Positions 31,379 through 43,982 of a stretch of DNA of 64,000 bases are shown piece after piece (position 1 is the stretch's first letter; every line of letters begins with the position of its first letter). Source of the stretch: Hydrogenophilales bacterium (GTDB lineage: Bacteria > Pseudomonadota > Gammaproteobacteria > Burkholderiales > Thiobacillaceae); assembly GCA_037439465.1 (NCBI GenBank), contig JBBIVX010000014.1, positions 7,293-71,292 on the forward strand, in the 5' to 3' direction. The notes under the pieces were generated by a model. That model worked only from the letters and a program-made list of their open reading frames with translations. It was not told where the DNA came from and searched no databases. The position numbers and the translations under genes were made by a program.

Positions 31379-33382
31379 CTAGACGAACCAGGTCGCCAGC
31401 AGGGCCACGCCGATGATCATGGCGAAGGCGTAGTGATAGATGTAGCCCGATTGCAGGTGACGCACCATGCCGGCCACCTGCGCCACCACACGCACGGAGC
31501 CGTTCACCAGCAGGCCGTCGATGGCGGTGACGTCACCCCAGCGCCACAGCCGGCCACCCAGCAGACGGGCGCCGCCGGCGAAGAACCAATCGTTGAAATC
31601 GTCGAAGCCGTACTTGCGCTCCAGGATGGTGTAGACGAGGCCTGCCTTGCGGCGCAGCTTTTCCGGCAGGTCCTTGCGCACCAGATAGAGGAACCAGGCG
31701 CTGACGACGCCTGCCAGCGCCAACCAGAAAACCGGGGTCGCGAAGGCGTGCAGGACCATGGCGCCGGCACCGTGAAACTCGGCCTTCAGCTCTCCCATGG
31801 CTGGATGGACGGTATGGTTGACGGTGATCGCCGAGCCGAAGAAATCACCATACAGCATGGGCTCGATGTAGGCCCAGCCGGCATAGACCGAGGGTATGGC
31901 AAGCAGCACCAGGGGCAGCCACACCACCCACGGCGACTCGTGCGGGGCGCTGTGGCCGCCGCGATGGTGGCCATGGCTGTCGTCGTCCTTGCCGCCCTCC
32001 TGATCCTGGCCGGCATGGGCCTGGTGGAACCGCTCCTTGCCATGGAATACCAGGAAATACAGGCGGAAGGAGTAGAAGGCGGTAACGAACACGCCGGCGG
32101 TCACGGCGAAATCGGCGAAGCCCGCACCCCACAGAGGCGAGGCATGCACCGCCTCGATGATCGAATCCTTGGAGAAGAAACCGGAAAACCCCGGGGTGCC
32201 GATCAGGGCCAGGGAACCGATCAACATGGTGATCCAGGTGATCGGCATGTATTTTCTTAGCCCGCCCATGTTGCGGATATCCTGGTCGTGGTGCATGCCG
32301 ATGATGACCGAGCCGGCGGCCAGGAACAACAGCGCCTTGAAGAAGGCGTGCGTCATGAGGTGAAAGATCGCCGCCGAATAGGCCGAGGCCCCCAGAGCCA
32401 CGGTCATGTAGCCGAGCTGGGACAGGGTCGAGTAAGCGATCACCCGCTTGATGTCGTTCTGGATCATGCCCAAAAAGCCCATGAACAAGGCGGTGATGGC
32501 GCCGATGATCAGGACGAAGGAGAGCGCCGTATCGGATAGTTCGAACAGCGGCGACATGCGCGCCACCATGAAGATACCGGCCGTCACCATGGTGGCGGCA
32601 TGGATCAGGGCGGAGATGGGGGTCGGGCCTTCCATCGAATCGGGCAGCCAGACATGCAATGGGAACTGGGCCGACTTGCCCATGGCGCCGATGAACAGCA
32701 GGATGCAGATCACCGTCATGAGCGACCAGCTATGGCCCTCGATCAGGGTGATGCTATGGCTGGCGAGTTGCGGTGCGGTCTGGAACACCTGGGCATAGTC
32801 GAGGCTACCGAACCAGGCCAGCACCAGGCCGATACCGAGCAGAAAACCAAAGTCGCCCACGCGGTTGACCAGGAAGGCCTTGAGGTTGGCATAGATGGCC
32901 GACTCGCGGGCGAACCAGAAACCGATCAACAGATAGGACACCAGGCCGACCGCCTCCCAGCCGAAGAACAACTGCAGGAAGTTGTTGCTCATCACCAGCA
33001 TCAGCATGGAGAAGGTGAACAGCGCGATATAACTGAAGAAGCGCTGGTAACCTGGGTCGTCGGCCATATAGCCGATGGTGTAGACATGCACACACAGCGA
33101 CACGAAAGTCACCACCAACATCATCACGGCGGAGAGACGGTCGATGAGGAAACCCACCTCAAGGCGCAGGTCACCGGCCATCAGCCAGGTGTAGACCGAA
33201 CCGTTATAGGTATTGCCGGCGAGCACATCCTGGAAGATGCTGAGCGAGGCCAGGAAGGCCACCAGCACACCAAGGATGGCCATGGTGTGTGCGCCGGCGC
33301 GGCCGATCTGCTTGCCGAACAGGCCGGCGACGATAGCGCCGGCCAGGGGAGCCAGGGGGACGATGAGATAGAGGGTTTTCAT
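31379..33382 (-). CDS. nuoL: NADH-quinone oxidoreductase subunit L
   Basis: 667 aa. GKSAQFPLHVWLPDSMEGPTPISALIHAATMVTAG. Long C-terminal amphipathic arm. Confidence 0.93.
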   Translation of the reverse strand: MKTLYLIVPLAPLAGAIVAGLFGKQIGRAGAHTMAILGVLVAFLASLSIFQDVLAGNTYNGSVYTWLMAGDLRLEVGFLIDRLSAVMMLVVTFVSLCVHVYTIGYMADDPGYQRFFSYIALFTFSMLMLVMSNNFLQLFFGWEAVGLVSYLLIGFWFARESAIYANLKAFLVNRVGDFGFLLGIGLVLAWFGSLDYAQVFQTAPQLASHSITLIEGHSWSLMTVICILLFIGAMGKSAQFPLHVWLPDSMEGPTPISALIHAATMVTAGIFMVARMSPLFELSDTALSFVLIIGAITALFMGFLGMIQNDIKRVIAYSTLSQLGYMTVALGASAYSAAIFHLMTHAFFKALLFLAAGSVIIGMHHDQDIRNMGGLRKYMPITWITMLIGSLALIGTPGFSGFFSKDSIIEAVHASPLWGAGFADFAVTAGVFVTAFYSFRLYFLVFHGKERFHQAHAGQDQEGGKDDDSHGHHRGGHSAPHESPWVVWLPLVLLAIPSVYAGWAYIEPMLYGDFFGSAITVNHTVHPAMGELKAEFHGAGAMVLHAFATPVFWLALAGVVSAWFLYLVRKDLPEKLRRKAGLVYTILERKYGFDDFNDWFFAGGARLLGGRLWRWGDVTAIDGLLVNGSVRVVAQVAGMVRHLQSGYIYHYAFAMIIGVALLATWFV

Positions 33383-33383
33383 G

Positions 33384-33689
33384 TCAGCCCTTCAATCGGT
33401 CGAGATCATCGACATTGATGCTCTTCAGGTTGCGGAACAGCACCACCAGTATGGCCAGGCCGATGGCCGACTCGGCCGCCGCCACGGTGAGGATGAAGAA
33501 GACGAAAACCTGCCCCGCGGTATCGTTGAGGAAATGCGAGAAGGCGATGAAGTTGAGGTTCACCGCCAGCAGCATGAGTTCGATGGCCATCAGCAGCACG
33601 ATGAGATTTTTGCGGTTGAGAAACACCCCCAGCACACCGATGGCGAACAAGATGGAACCGAGGATCAGATAGTGGTCGAGGCCGATCAT
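33384..33689 (-). CDS. nuoK: NADH-quinone oxidoreductase subunit K
   Basis: 101 aa with three TM helices. [14 protein letters not shown] and [13 protein letters not shown]. Confidence 0.92.
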   Translation of the reverse strand: MIGLDHYLILGSILFAIGVLGVFLNRKNLIVLLMAIELMLLAVNLNFIAFSHFLNDTAGQVFVFFILTVAAAESAIGLAILVVLFRNLKSINVDDLDRLKG

Positions 33690-34303
33690 TCGTCCTCCTC
33701 CTCTTTGTATTCGGGCTTCTGGGGCTTCAGGTTGACGAGGCGGATGTGGCCGGCGGCACTCTGCCGCACCTGCCAGGCGACATCCACGACCTTGCGGTTG
33801 GCCCGCCGGCGCAGGGTCAGAGCGATGGCGGCGACGATGGCCACCAGCAGGATCACAGCCGCCAGCTCGAAGGCATAGACATAATCTGTGTAAAGCAGCA
33901 GGCCCAATTGTCTGGTATTGCTAAAACCGGCTGGCGTCGGCGCCGGCGCTGTCAGGCCGAAGCGGTCGCCACCCAGCACCATGACCATCTCCACAGCCAT
34001 CAGGCCGGCGACCAGTGCGGCCAGCGGCAGATAGTCCCAGAAGCCCTGGCGCAACTCTTCGACATTGATGTCGAGCATCATCACGACGAATATAAACAGC
34101 ACCATCACGGCCCCGACGTAGACCAGCACCAGGGTGATGGCGAGAAACTCTGCCTGCAGCAGTATCCAGATGCCGGCGGCCGTGAAGAAGGCCAGCACCA
34201 GCGCCAGGGCGGCATGCACCGGGTTCTTGGCAGTAACGACGCGCAACCCCGCGAGCAGCAGGATGGCGGCGAAGAAGTAGAAAACGAAACTGGCGAAATC
34301 CAT
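33686..34303 (-). CDS. nuoJ: NADH-quinone oxidoreductase subunit J
   Basis: 205 aa. [23 protein letters not shown] and [16 protein letters not shown]. Confidence 0.9.
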   Translation of the reverse strand: MDFASFVFYFFAAILLLAGLRVVTAKNPVHAALALVLAFFTAAGIWILLQAEFLAITLVLVYVGAVMVLFIFVVMMLDINVEELRQGFWDYLPLAALVAGLMAVEMVMVLGGDRFGLTAPAPTPAGFSNTRQLGLLLYTDYVYAFELAAVILLVAIVAAIALTLRRRANRKVVDVAWQVRQSAAGHIRLVNLKPQKPEYKEEEDE

Positions 34304-34313
34304 GTGTCGTCCG

Positions 34314-34805
34314 TTAACGGTATTTGGCGTCGGCGGCCTTGTCCTCGGCGATCTGGGCCTCGTACTTGTCGCCTACCGCGAGGAGCATCTCCTTGGTGTA
34401 ATAGAGGTCGCCCCGTTTCTCGCCGTGATACTCGAAGATGCGGGTTTCGACGATGGCATCGACCGGGCAGGCCTCTTCACAAAAACCGCAGAAAATGCAC
34501 TTGGTCAGATCGATGTCGTAGCGGGTGGTGCGGCGGGTGCCATCCTCGCGCTGGGCCGACTCGATGGTGATCGCCATGGCCGGACAGACGGCCTCGCACA
34601 GCTTGCAGGCGATGCAGCGCTCCTCACCGTTGGGGTAGCGACGCTGCGCATGGAGGCCACGGAAGCGCGGACTTTGCGGCGTGCGCTCATCGGGATACTG
34701 GATGGTGATCTTGCGTGCGAACAGGTGCCGGCCGGTAACCGCCAGGCCCTTGAGCAGCTCGATCAGCAGGAAGGTATTGAAGAAGCGTTTGATAGCGGAA
34801 ATCAT
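34314..34805 (-). CDS. nuoI: NADH-quinone oxidoreductase subunit I
   Basis: 163 aa. Two 4Fe-4S motifs, [12 protein letters not shown] and [12 protein letters not shown]. Confidence 0.94.
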   Translation of the reverse strand: MISAIKRFFNTFLLIELLKGLAVTGRHLFARKITIQYPDERTPQSPRFRGLHAQRRYPNGEERCIACKLCEAVCPAMAITIESAQREDGTRRTTRYDIDLTKCIFCGFCEEACPVDAIVETRIFEYHGEKRGDLYYTKEMLLAVGDKYEAQIAEDKAADAKYR

Positions 34806-34815
34806 CCTCGCCTCC

Positions 34816-35853
34816 TCAATGGAACAGATAACCCAGCGGGGTCTGCATGAACGCGCCCACCACCAGTATCCAGATCAGGGTGACCGGGATGAACACCTTC
34901 CAGCCCAGGCGCATGATCTGGTCGTAGCGATAACGCGGGAAGGTGGCGCGGAACCAGAGGAACAGGAACAGCACGAAGCTCATCTTGGCCGCGATCCAGA
35001 AGAAACCGTCGGGCAGGAAGGGAAACGGTGACAACCAGCCGCCCAGGAACATGATCGAGGTCAGCGCCGAAACCAGGATCATGTTGGCGTATTCGGCCAG
35101 GAAGAACACCGCGAAGGCCATGCCGGAATAATCGAGGTGGAAGCCGGCGACGATCTCCGACTCGCCCTCGGCGACGTCGAAGGGCGAGCGGTTGGTCTCG
35201 GCCACGCCGGCGATCAGGTAGACAAGGAAGAGCGGAAACAGCGGCAGCCAATACCATTGCCAGAAACCGCCGGCCTGATGCTGGACGATCTCGACCAGGT
35301 TCAAGCTCTGCGCCGACATCAGCACCCCGACCAGGGCGAAGCCCATGGCGATCTCATAGGACACGATCTGCGCCGCCGAGCGCATCGCGCCGAGCAAGGC
35401 ATACTTGGAGTTCGAGGCCCAGCCGGCCACCACGATACCGTATACCCCCATCGAAGTGATGGCCATGATGTAAAGCAGGCTGGCATCGACATTGGCCAGC
35501 ACCCACTGGTCGGTGAACGGCACCACTGCCCAGGCCGCCATGGCCGGGCCGATGGAGAGCACCGGTGCGGTCAGGAACAGTGCCCTGTTGGCGCCAGTGG
35601 GCAGCATGATCTCCTTGGTCATCAGCTTGACCGCATCGGCGATGGGCTGGCCCAGACCAACCAGACGGTAGCCGAAGAAACCGACCCGGTTGGGCCCGAT
35701 ACGGACCTGCATGTAGCCGATGATCTTGCGCTCGGCGTAGGTCAGGTAAGCCACCGCGATCAACAGCGGCAACACGATGACAACGATCTTGACCAGGGTC
35801 CAGACCGGCACCCAGGCCACGCCGAGTAGTTCCTGGAACCATTCCATCATCAC
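34816..35853 (-). CDS. nuoH: NADH-quinone oxidoreductase subunit H
   Basis: 345 aa. [19 protein letters not shown] and [15 protein letters not shown]. Confidence 0.94.
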   Translation of the reverse strand: MMMEWFQELLGVAWVPVWTLVKIVVIVLPLLIAVAYLTYAERKIIGYMQVRIGPNRVGFFGYRLVGLGQPIADAVKLMTKEIMLPTGANRALFLTAPVLSIGPAMAAWAVVPFTDQWVLANVDASLLYIMAITSMGVYGIVVAGWASNSKYALLGAMRSAAQIVSYEIAMGFALVGVLMSAQSLNLVEIVQHQAGGFWQWYWLPLFPLFLVYLIAGVAETNRSPFDVAEGESEIVAGFHLDYSGMAFAVFFLAEYANMILVSALTSIMFLGGWLSPFPFLPDGFFWIAAKMSFVLFLFLWFRATFPRYRYDQIMRLGWKVFIPVTLIWILVVGAFMQTPLGYLFH

Positions 35854-38186
35854 ATCTTCTCCAGGCCGATATCACCGTAGCGCGGGCCGAGCGGACTGGC
35901 GGCGGCGAGATTGCCGGGCACGCGCACCACGTTGTCAGGCAGGCGATCATCGCGCGTGAGCCGCATCACCGTCTCGCCCCCGCCCTGTTTGATCTTGACC
36001 GGCTTGTCGACGACGAGGCCGAGGCGGGCGATGAGGTCGCCATGGGCGGCAGCGGTCTGACCGCCCAGGCCGTCGGCAGTGGCCAGAAGCGCCGGGGCGC
36101 GGCGCGTGTAGGCATCCAGCTGGTAGATAGGCGTCTCGCCCAGCCGCTCGATGCCCGAGAGCGCCGTGAGATGAGACACCGTCACGCCGGTGATGCCATT
36201 GTTCAGTTTGGCGCGCACCCCCGCTTCGCCCTCGGGCAAGGCCTCGGCCAGCACCTGGCCGACATCGTCTTGCGCGAAGCCGGCCAACCCCAGCTGATTG
36301 GCCAACACCCGCAGCACCTTCCAGGCCGGACGTGCCTCGCCCTGCGGCGGGACAACGGCGCGGAAGGATTGCAGCCGGCCTTCCATACTGACGAAACTGC
36401 CCGCGGTCTCGGCAAAGGCGGCGACGGGCAGCATGACCTGAGCGTAGTTGGTGGCCGCGGTCTTGAATGCCGACAGCACGATCACCAATTCGGCGCTGGC
36501 CAGGGCCTGGCGCGCGGCGGCGGTATCTGCCGCCTCCAGTTCCGGCTCGGCGCCGAGGATGACATAGGCCTTTTTCGGCGCGGCAAACAACGCCGCGGCA
36601 TTCAGCCCGCCTTGGTGCGGCCGGCAGCCGACGACACCCGCCCCCACCGCATTGGCCGAGTCGATCAGGAAACCGAGGGTCGCCCCGCTCGCCTGGGCGA
36701 TGGCCTGAGCCAGGGCATGCAGCTCGCTCGCGGCCGGGTGCTGCTGCGCCAGCGCCCCCAGCAGGACGGCCTTTTTATCGCCCGACAGCAGGCTGGCAGC
36801 CATATTGCGGGCCGCATCGGAAACGCCGACATCGGCAATCGCGGCCGCGACCGCGCCCACGTCACGGCCGGCCTCGGCGATGGCCTTGGCCACCTGGGCC
36901 AGGGCGTTCACCAGCGCGGACGGTCTGACGATGAGTTTGTTGGCGACACGGCCAAGCAGGTCGGCGTCGGCGCCATGCACCAGATTGAGTTGCCCGCCAC
37001 GTTTGACCGCCTGGCGCAGACGCTGAGCGATCAGCGGCTGTTCCTGACGCACCGACGCACCCACCAGCAGGACGCGGTCGAGTGTGCTCAGCTCGGCGAC
37101 CGGCATGCCCAGCCATTCGATGCCGCTTTGTTGACCGCCGAAATCGGCGCGGCTCAAGCGCGTGTCGACAGACTCGCTGCCGAGCGCACGGGCCAGCTTC
37201 TGGAATAGATAAAGCTCCTCGACGGTCTGATGCGGCGAGGCGATGAAGCCGATGGCGTCGCCACCGTGGGCGGCGAGGATCACCTTGAGGGCGCCCGCCG
37301 CCTGCGCCATGGCCTTTTGCCAGTCCACCTCCAGCCAGCGGCCGCCGTCCTTGACACTGGGCTGGGTCAGGCGGTCGGCGCCATTGAGGGCCTGATAACT
37401 AAAGCGGTCGCGGTCGGCCAGCCAGCATTCGTTGACGGCCTCGTTCTCCACCACGGTGGCGCGTAGTACCCGTTTGTCCTTGACATGCAGGGCCAGGTTG
37501 CTGCCCAGACCATCGTGCGGACTGACGCTTTGGCGCCGCGACAGCTCCCAGGCGCGGGCGCCGAAACGGAACGGCTTGGAGGTGAGCGCCCCCACCGGGC
37601 ACAGTTCGATGACGTTGCCCGACAACTCCGACGCAACATGATTTTCGAGGAAAGGCATCACCTCCGTGTGCTCGCCACGACCGGGCATACCCAATTCCAT
37701 GATGCCGGCGATCTCCTGGCCGAAACGGACGCAGCGGCTGCAATGGATGCAGCGGGTCATGTCGGTGGCGATCAGCGGGCCGAGGTCCTTTTCCTTGACC
37801 ACGCGCTTGGGCTCGGCATAGCGCGAGACGACACCGCCGTAGCCGACAGCGATGTCCTGCAATTGACACTCTCCGCCCTGGTCGCAGATCGGGCAGTCGA
37901 GCGGGTGGTTGATGAGCAGAAACTCCATCACGCCCTTCTGGGCCTGCACCGCCTTCTCGCTGTGGGTGCGCACCACCATGCCATCGGTCACCGGCGTGGC
38001 GCAGGCGGGCAACGGCTTGGGCGCCTTTTCCACCTCGACGAGACACATCCGGCAACTGGCGGCGATGCTGAGTTTCTTGTGGTAGCAGAAGTGCGGAATG
38101 TAGATGCCGGCGGCGTGCGCCGCCTCCATCACCATACTGCCGGCAGCAACTTCGATCTGTTGGTCGTCGATGGTAATCCGGGGCAT
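35850..38186 (-). CDS. nuoG: NADH-quinone oxidoreductase subunit G
   Basis: 778 aa. 2Fe-2S/4Fe-4S N-terminus: [49 protein letters not shown]. Confidence 0.94.
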   Translation of the reverse strand: MPRITIDDQQIEVAAGSMVMEAAHAAGIYIPHFCYHKKLSIAASCRMCLVEVEKAPKPLPACATPVTDGMVVRTHSEKAVQAQKGVMEFLLINHPLDCPICDQGGECQLQDIAVGYGGVVSRYAEPKRVVKEKDLGPLIATDMTRCIHCSRCVRFGQEIAGIMELGMPGRGEHTEVMPFLENHVASELSGNVIELCPVGALTSKPFRFGARAWELSRRQSVSPHDGLGSNLALHVKDKRVLRATVVENEAVNECWLADRDRFSYQALNGADRLTQPSVKDGGRWLEVDWQKAMAQAAGALKVILAAHGGDAIGFIASPHQTVEELYLFQKLARALGSESVDTRLSRADFGGQQSGIEWLGMPVAELSTLDRVLLVGASVRQEQPLIAQRLRQAVKRGGQLNLVHGADADLLGRVANKLIVRPSALVNALAQVAKAIAEAGRDVGAVAAAIADVGVSDAARNMAASLLSGDKKAVLLGALAQQHPAASELHALAQAIAQASGATLGFLIDSANAVGAGVVGCRPHQGGLNAAALFAAPKKAYVILGAEPELEAADTAAARQALASAELVIVLSAFKTAATNYAQVMLPVAAFAETAGSFVSMEGRLQSFRAVVPPQGEARPAWKVLRVLANQLGLAGFAQDDVGQVLAEALPEGEAGVRAKLNNGITGVTVSHLTALSGIERLGETPIYQLDAYTRRAPALLATADGLGGQTAAAHGDLIARLGLVVDKPVKIKQGGGETVMRLTRDDRLPDNVVRVPGNLAAASPLGPRYGDIGLEKM

Positions 38187-38187
38187 A

Positions 38188-39474
38188 TCAGGCTCCCACC
38201 ATGCAACGTTTGTGTTCGATGTGGTACTCGAATTCCTGGCGGAAGTGCTTGATGAAACTCTGCACCGGGCCCACGGCGGCCTCGCCCAGGGCGCAGATGG
38301 TGCGGCCGGCGATGTTGTTGCCGACGCTCATCAACAGGTCGAGGTCTTCCGGCCGGCCTTCGCCGCGCTCGATACGGTGCACCACGCGGTACATCCAGCC
38401 GGTGCCCTCGCGGCAGGGCGTGCACTGGCCGCAGGATTCTTCGTAATAGAAATAGGAGAGACGCTCCAGCGCCTTGACCATGCACACCGTCTCGTCCATG
38501 ACGATGACCGCGCCCGAGCCGAGCATGGAACCGGCCTTGGCAACCGAGTCAAAATCCAGGGTGCAGCCCAGCATGATGTCGGCCGGCAGCACCGGAGCGG
38601 AGGAACCCCCAGGGATGACCGCCTTCAAGGTGTGCCCGTCGCGCACCCCGCCGGCCATGGCCAAGAGGTCGGCGAACGGTGTGCCGAGCGGAATCTCAAA
38701 ATTGCCCGGCCGGTTGACGTGACCGGAGACAGAGAAGATCTTGGTGCCACCATTGTTGGGCTTGCCCAGATCAAGAAAGGCCTGGCCGCCGTGACGCATG
38801 ATCCAGGGGATCGAGGCCAGGGTCTCGGTGTTGTTGATGGTGGTCGGCTTGCCGAAGAGACCGAAGCTGGCCGGGAACGGTGGCTTGAAGCGTGGCTGCC
38901 CCTTCTTGCCCTCGATCGATTCCAGCAGCGCGGTCTCCTCGCCACAGATATAGGCGCCGTAACCATGATGCGCATGCAGGTCGAAATCCCAGCCGGAACC
39001 GCAGATATTTTTGCCCAGGTAGCCGGCGGCGCGCGCTTCGTCCAGCGCCTTCTCCCAGGATTCGTAGAGTGCGAAGATCTCGCCGTGGATGTAGTTGTAA
39101 CCGGCCTTGGCCCCCAGGGTGTAGCCGGCAATGGCCATGCCTTCGATGAGCTGGTGGGGGTTGAACTCGATGATGTCGCGGTCCTTGAAGGTGCCCGGCT
39201 CGCCCTCGTCGCTGTTGCAGACGATGTACTTGTCGCCTTCGTAGTTGCGCGGCATGAACGACCATTTGAGCCCGGTCGGGAAACCGGCGCCGCCGCGGCC
39301 GCGCAAGGCGGAAAGCTTGACCTGCTCGATGATCTCGGCCGCCGGTGTCTTCTCGGCCAATATCTTTCTCAGCGCCGAGTAGCCGCCGTTGGCGATATAC
39401 GTGTCCAGGCTGGCCGGATTGGGATGGTCGAGGGTCCAGAGACAGACCTTGGGGCCGGTATAAGGGACGCTCAT
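38188..39474 (-). CDS. nuoF: NADH-quinone oxidoreductase subunit F
   Basis: 428 aa. [42 protein letters not shown]. Confidence 0.95.
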   Translation of the reverse strand: MSVPYTGPKVCLWTLDHPNPASLDTYIANGGYSALRKILAEKTPAAEIIEQVKLSALRGRGGAGFPTGLKWSFMPRNYEGDKYIVCNSDEGEPGTFKDRDIIEFNPHQLIEGMAIAGYTLGAKAGYNYIHGEIFALYESWEKALDEARAAGYLGKNICGSGWDFDLHAHHGYGAYICGEETALLESIEGKKGQPRFKPPFPASFGLFGKPTTINNTETLASIPWIMRHGGQAFLDLGKPNNGGTKIFSVSGHVNRPGNFEIPLGTPFADLLAMAGGVRDGHTLKAVIPGGSSAPVLPADIMLGCTLDFDSVAKAGSMLGSGAVIVMDETVCMVKALERLSYFYYEESCGQCTPCREGTGWMYRVVHRIERGEGRPEDLDLLMSVGNNIAGRTICALGEAAVGPVQSFIKHFRQEFEYHIEHKRCMVGA

Positions 39475-39947
39475 TTCAACTCATCCAGCAGCTTGTCCAC
39501 CGTTTCAGGAGACAGGTGGGTATGCATCGTGTGATTGTTGTGCAGACACAGCGGCCCGGCGCCGCAGCTACCCATGCACTCGCCCTCCTTGAGGGTGAAG
39601 CGGCCGTCGGCCGTGGTCTCGCCGAAACCGATGCCGAGCTTCTGCTTGAGGTAATCGGCCACCGTGCCGGCGCCCTGCAACTGGCAAGGCAGGTTGGTGC
39701 AGACGGTGATCTTGTGGCGGCCGGTGGGTTCCAGCTCGTACATGTTGTAGAAGGTGGCGATCTCGTAGGCGGCGATGGCCGGCATGCCGAGGTAGCGGGC
39801 GACGAATTCGACGGTCTCGGGCGAGAGCCAGCCCTTCTCCACCTGGGCGATGCGCAGCGCGGCCATCACCGCCGATTGCTTCTGGTCGGCCGGATACTTG
39901 GCGACTTCCTTGTCGATCTGGGCGAGGGATTGAGCGGATAGCGTCAT
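39471..39947 (-). CDS. nuoE: NADH-quinone oxidoreductase subunit E
   Basis: 158 aa from ATG 39947, which overlaps the nuoD stop (ATGA). [12 protein letters not shown] and [10 protein letters not shown]. The longer ORF-track entry runs into nuoD. Confidence 0.92.
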   Translation of the reverse strand: MTLSAQSLAQIDKEVAKYPADQKQSAVMAALRIAQVEKGWLSPETVEFVARYLGMPAIAAYEIATFYNMYELEPTGRHKITVCTNLPCQLQGAGTVADYLKQKLGIGFGETTADGRFTLKEGECMGSCGAGPLCLHNNHTMHTHLSPETVDKLLDELK

Positions 39948-41197
39948 CGATCGATGTCCCCGAAAACGATGTCCATGGTGCCGATGATGGCAACCACGTC
40001 GGCGATCATGAGGCCGCGCGCCATCTCGTCCATGGCGGAGAGGTGGACGAAGCCGGGCGCCCGCAGCTTCATCCGGTAGGGCTTGTTGGCGCCGTCCGAG
40101 ACCAGATAGACGCCGAACTCGCCCTTCGAGTGCTCGATGGCGGCATAGGCCTCGCCGGCCGGCACGTGCATGCCCTCGGTAAACAGTTTGAAGTGATGGA
40201 TGAGACCTTCCATGTCGCCTTTCATCACCGCACGCGCCGGCGGCGCCACCTTGAGGTCGTCGGTGATGACCGGGCCGGGGTTGGCCTTCAGCCAGTCCAC
40301 GCACTGCCGGATGATGCGGTTGCTCTGGCGGAATTCCTCCACACGCACCAAATAACGGTCATAGCAATCACCGTTCTTGCCGACTGGAATCTCAAAATCG
40401 AGGCGGTCATAAATCTCGTAGGGCTGCATCTTGCGCAAGTCCCAGGCGACACCGGAACCGCGCAGCATGGGCCCGGTGAAGCCCAATGCCTTGGCCCGGT
40501 CGGCATCGACCACGCCGATGCCGACGGTACGCTGCTTCCAGATGCGGTTGTCGGTCAGCAAAGTCTCGTAGTCGTCTACGTACTTGGGGAAGCGATTGGT
40601 GAAGTCCTCGATAAAGTCGAGCACCGTGCCCTCGCGGTTGGCGTTGAGCCGTTCAACCTCGGCGGCGGTCTTGTACTTGTTGACCTGGTACTTGGGCATG
40701 CTGTCGGGCAGATCGCGGTAAACGCCGCCCGGCCGGTAATAGGCGGCATGGACCCGGGCGCCGGTCACCGCCTCATAGATGTCCATCAGGTCTTCCCGCT
40801 CGCGGAAGGTGTAGAGAAACATGGTCATGGCGCCGATGTCGAGGCCATGGGTGCCTAGCCAGAGCAGGTGATTCAGGATGCGGGTAATCTCGTCGAACAT
40901 CACCCGGATGTACTGGGCGCGCACCGGCACCTCACAGCCCAGGAGCTTCTCGACGGCCAGCACATAAGCGTGCTCGTTCTGCATCATGGACATGTAGTCC
41001 AGGCGGTCCATGTAGGGCACGGTCTGCAGGAAGGTGCGGTTCTCGGCCAGCTTCTCGGTGGCGCGGTGCAAAAGGCCGATGTGCGGATCGGCGCGCTCGA
41101 CCACCTCACCATCCAGCTCCAGCACCAGACGCAACACACCGTGTGTCGCCGGATGCTGCGGACCAAAATTCAACGTGTAATTTTTGATCTCAGCCAT
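39944..41197 (-). CDS. nuoD: NADH-quinone oxidoreductase subunit D
   Basis: 417 aa from [31 protein letters not shown]. Ends in DIVFGDIDR. Confidence 0.95.
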   Translation of the reverse strand: MAEIKNYTLNFGPQHPATHGVLRLVLELDGEVVERADPHIGLLHRATEKLAENRTFLQTVPYMDRLDYMSMMQNEHAYVLAVEKLLGCEVPVRAQYIRVMFDEITRILNHLLWLGTHGLDIGAMTMFLYTFREREDLMDIYEAVTGARVHAAYYRPGGVYRDLPDSMPKYQVNKYKTAAEVERLNANREGTVLDFIEDFTNRFPKYVDDYETLLTDNRIWKQRTVGIGVVDADRAKALGFTGPMLRGSGVAWDLRKMQPYEIYDRLDFEIPVGKNGDCYDRYLVRVEEFRQSNRIIRQCVDWLKANPGPVITDDLKVAPPARAVMKGDMEGLIHHFKLFTEGMHVPAGEAYAAIEHSKGEFGVYLVSDGANKPYRMKLRAPGFVHLSAMDEMARGLMIADVVAIIGTMDIVFGDIDR

Positions 41198-41267
41198 GCC
41201 GATGACCCATGCAATCGGTAGCCAGGACCTGGCCCGGCCACTGGCACGTTGAATTCCGGCGCAGGCC

Positions 41268-41286
41268 AACTTGCCGCAGGCAAGTT
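41268..41286 (-). other. Perfect 8-bp/3-nt-loop hairpin in the unusually long nuoC-nuoD spacer
   Basis: AACTTGCC-GCA-GGCAAGTT, read directly. It lies in a 134-nt non-coding gap inside an otherwise tightly packed operon. Confidence 0.6.
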
Positions 41287-41331
41287 AAGCGCGCAGCGCG
41301 GCCGAAGCCAAAATTCATATCAAACCTGGTC

Positions 41332-41937
41332 TCAGCCATGACCGACGTCGCCGAAGTTTTCTTCGCGCACGATATGCGGCGTCACCACGCGCAGGTCGAT
41401 ACTGACCGGCTGGTAGATCACCCGTTTCTGCTCCGGGTCGTAGCGCATCTCGACCTGGCCGTGAACCGGGAAATCCTTGCGGAACGGATGGCCGATAAAG
41501 CCGTAGTCGGTAAGGATGCGGCGCAGGTCGGGGTGGCCGTCGAAGACAATGCCGACCAGGTCGAAGGCCTCGCGCTCGAACCAGTTGGCCACCGGCCAGA
41601 TATCCACCACCGAGGCGATCACCGGCAGGTCATCATCGGGGCAGAAAGCGCGCACCCGGAGGCGATGATTGCGCGCCACCGACAACAGATGCATGACAGC
41701 CGCGTATCGCCCTTCTTCACGGCCGACCCCGGCGTAGGTGGAGTAATCCACGCCGCACAGGTCGATCATCTCGTCGAAACGCAGACCGGGCGTATCGCGC
41801 AACTGGACGGCGACATCGTGCCAGTCCGCGGCGCGCACCTCGATGGTGGCCTCGCCCAGAGCCACTTTGCCACTGACCAATTTGTCACCCAGGGCATCTT
41901 GCAAACGCGAGAGCAGCACTTCGGGGGTTATGGGCAT
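41332..41937 (-). CDS. nuoC: NADH-quinone oxidoreductase subunit C
   Basis: 201 aa. [29 protein letters not shown]. Confidence 0.94.
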   Translation of the reverse strand: MPITPEVLLSRLQDALGDKLVSGKVALGEATIEVRAADWHDVAVQLRDTPGLRFDEMIDLCGVDYSTYAGVGREEGRYAAVMHLLSVARNHRLRVRAFCPDDDLPVIASVVDIWPVANWFEREAFDLVGIVFDGHPDLRRILTDYGFIGHPFRKDFPVHGQVEMRYDPEQKRVIYQPVSIDLRVVTPHIVREENFGDVGHG

Positions 41938-41952
41938 CTTTTGCTTCAGTCC

Positions 41953-42432
41953 TTAGCGGGCGATGGTGTTGGTGCGCCTGATCTTGTTCATCAACTGGCC
42001 CAGCCCGAACAGCAGCGCCTCGGCCGTGGGCGGGCAGCCCGGCACATAGATGTCAACCGGGACGATGCGGTCGCAACCGCGCACCACGGCGTAAGAATAG
42101 TGATAATAGCCGCCGCCATTGGCGCAGGAGCCCATGGACAGCACCCAGCGCGGTTCGGACATCTGGTCGTAGACCCGACGCAGGGCCGGGGCCATCTTGT
42201 TGGTGAGGGTGCCAGCAACGATCATCAAGTCACTTTGCCGCGGACTGGGCCGGAACACGATGCCGAAACGGTCGAGGTCATAGCGCGAGGCGCCAGCCTG
42301 CATCATCTCGATGGCGCAGCAGGCGAGACCGAAGGTCATCGGCCAGAGCGAGCCGGTTTTCGCCCAATTGATGACCGAATCGACACTGGTGGTGACGAAG
42401 CCCTTGTCGTTCAGGCCGCCCTGTATTTCCAT
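41953..42432 (-). CDS. nuoB: NADH-quinone oxidoreductase subunit B
   Basis: [17 protein letters not shown] and GCPPTAEAL. Start taken at [15 protein letters not shown] (ATG 42432, one-nt overlap with the nuoA stop). Alternatives at 42441 and 42462. Confidence 0.9.
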   Translation of the reverse strand: MEIQGGLNDKGFVTTSVDSVINWAKTGSLWPMTFGLACCAIEMMQAGASRYDLDRFGIVFRPSPRQSDLMIVAGTLTNKMAPALRRVYDQMSEPRWVLSMGSCANGGGYYHYSYAVVRGCDRIVPVDIYVPGCPPTAEALLFGLGQLMNKIRRTNTIAR

Positions 42433-42800
42433 CACTCCCATTCCAGCGCCCCCTTCATCCACTCATAGGCGAAACCCACCACCAGGATGCCGAGGAACAC
42501 CACCATGGCCCAGAAGCCAAACGCACCGATCTGATCGAGAACGATGGCCCAGGGGAAAAGGAAGGCGATTTCCAGATCGAACAGGATGAACAGGATAGCC
42601 ACCAGGTAGTAGCGCACGTCGAACTTCATGCGCGCATCCTCGAAGGCCTCGAAACCGCATTCGTAAGGGGCGTTCTTTTCCGCATTGGGCTTGAGCAAGC
42701 CCAAGGACCAGCCTATGCCGGCGCCTATCAGCATGGGACCGACGCCGACGGCGAGACCAACCAGGATGAAAAGCAAGATGGCGAAATAGTTATCGAGCAT
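42432..42800 (-). CDS. nuoA: NADH-quinone oxidoreductase subunit A
   Basis: 122 aa from [24 protein letters not shown] and [12 protein letters not shown]. The ORF-track N-terminal extension to 42872 is judged non-coding. Confidence 0.92.
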   Translation of the reverse strand: MLDNYFAILLFILVGLAVGVGPMLIGAGIGWSLGLLKPNAEKNAPYECGFEAFEDARMKFDVRYYLVAILFILFDLEIAFLFPWAIVLDQIGAFGFWAMVVFLGILVVGFAYEWMKGALEWE

Positions 42801-42842
42801 GCCGTTCCTTGGGGCCGCACTCAAGCGCGACGAAGTGGGTGA

Positions 42843-42872
42843 AGTGTACGTGTAACAAGGCTTTGCGGTCAA
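42843..42872 (-). promoter_or_regulatory. Candidate nuo operon promoter
   Basis: Minus strand TTGACC -18- TACACT, about 40 nt upstream of the nuoA ATG. An AT-rich tract lies further upstream (42880-42959). Confidence 0.3.
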
Positions 42873-42959
42873 GCGAGAGGGTCGAGGAAAACCATTGATT
42901 GAATTGGCTATTAGGCAATTCTTTTGCGGATAAATATATTTGATGATTCCAATGTCTTC

Positions 42960-43981
<1,022 letters not shown>

Positions 43982-43982
<1 letters not shown>

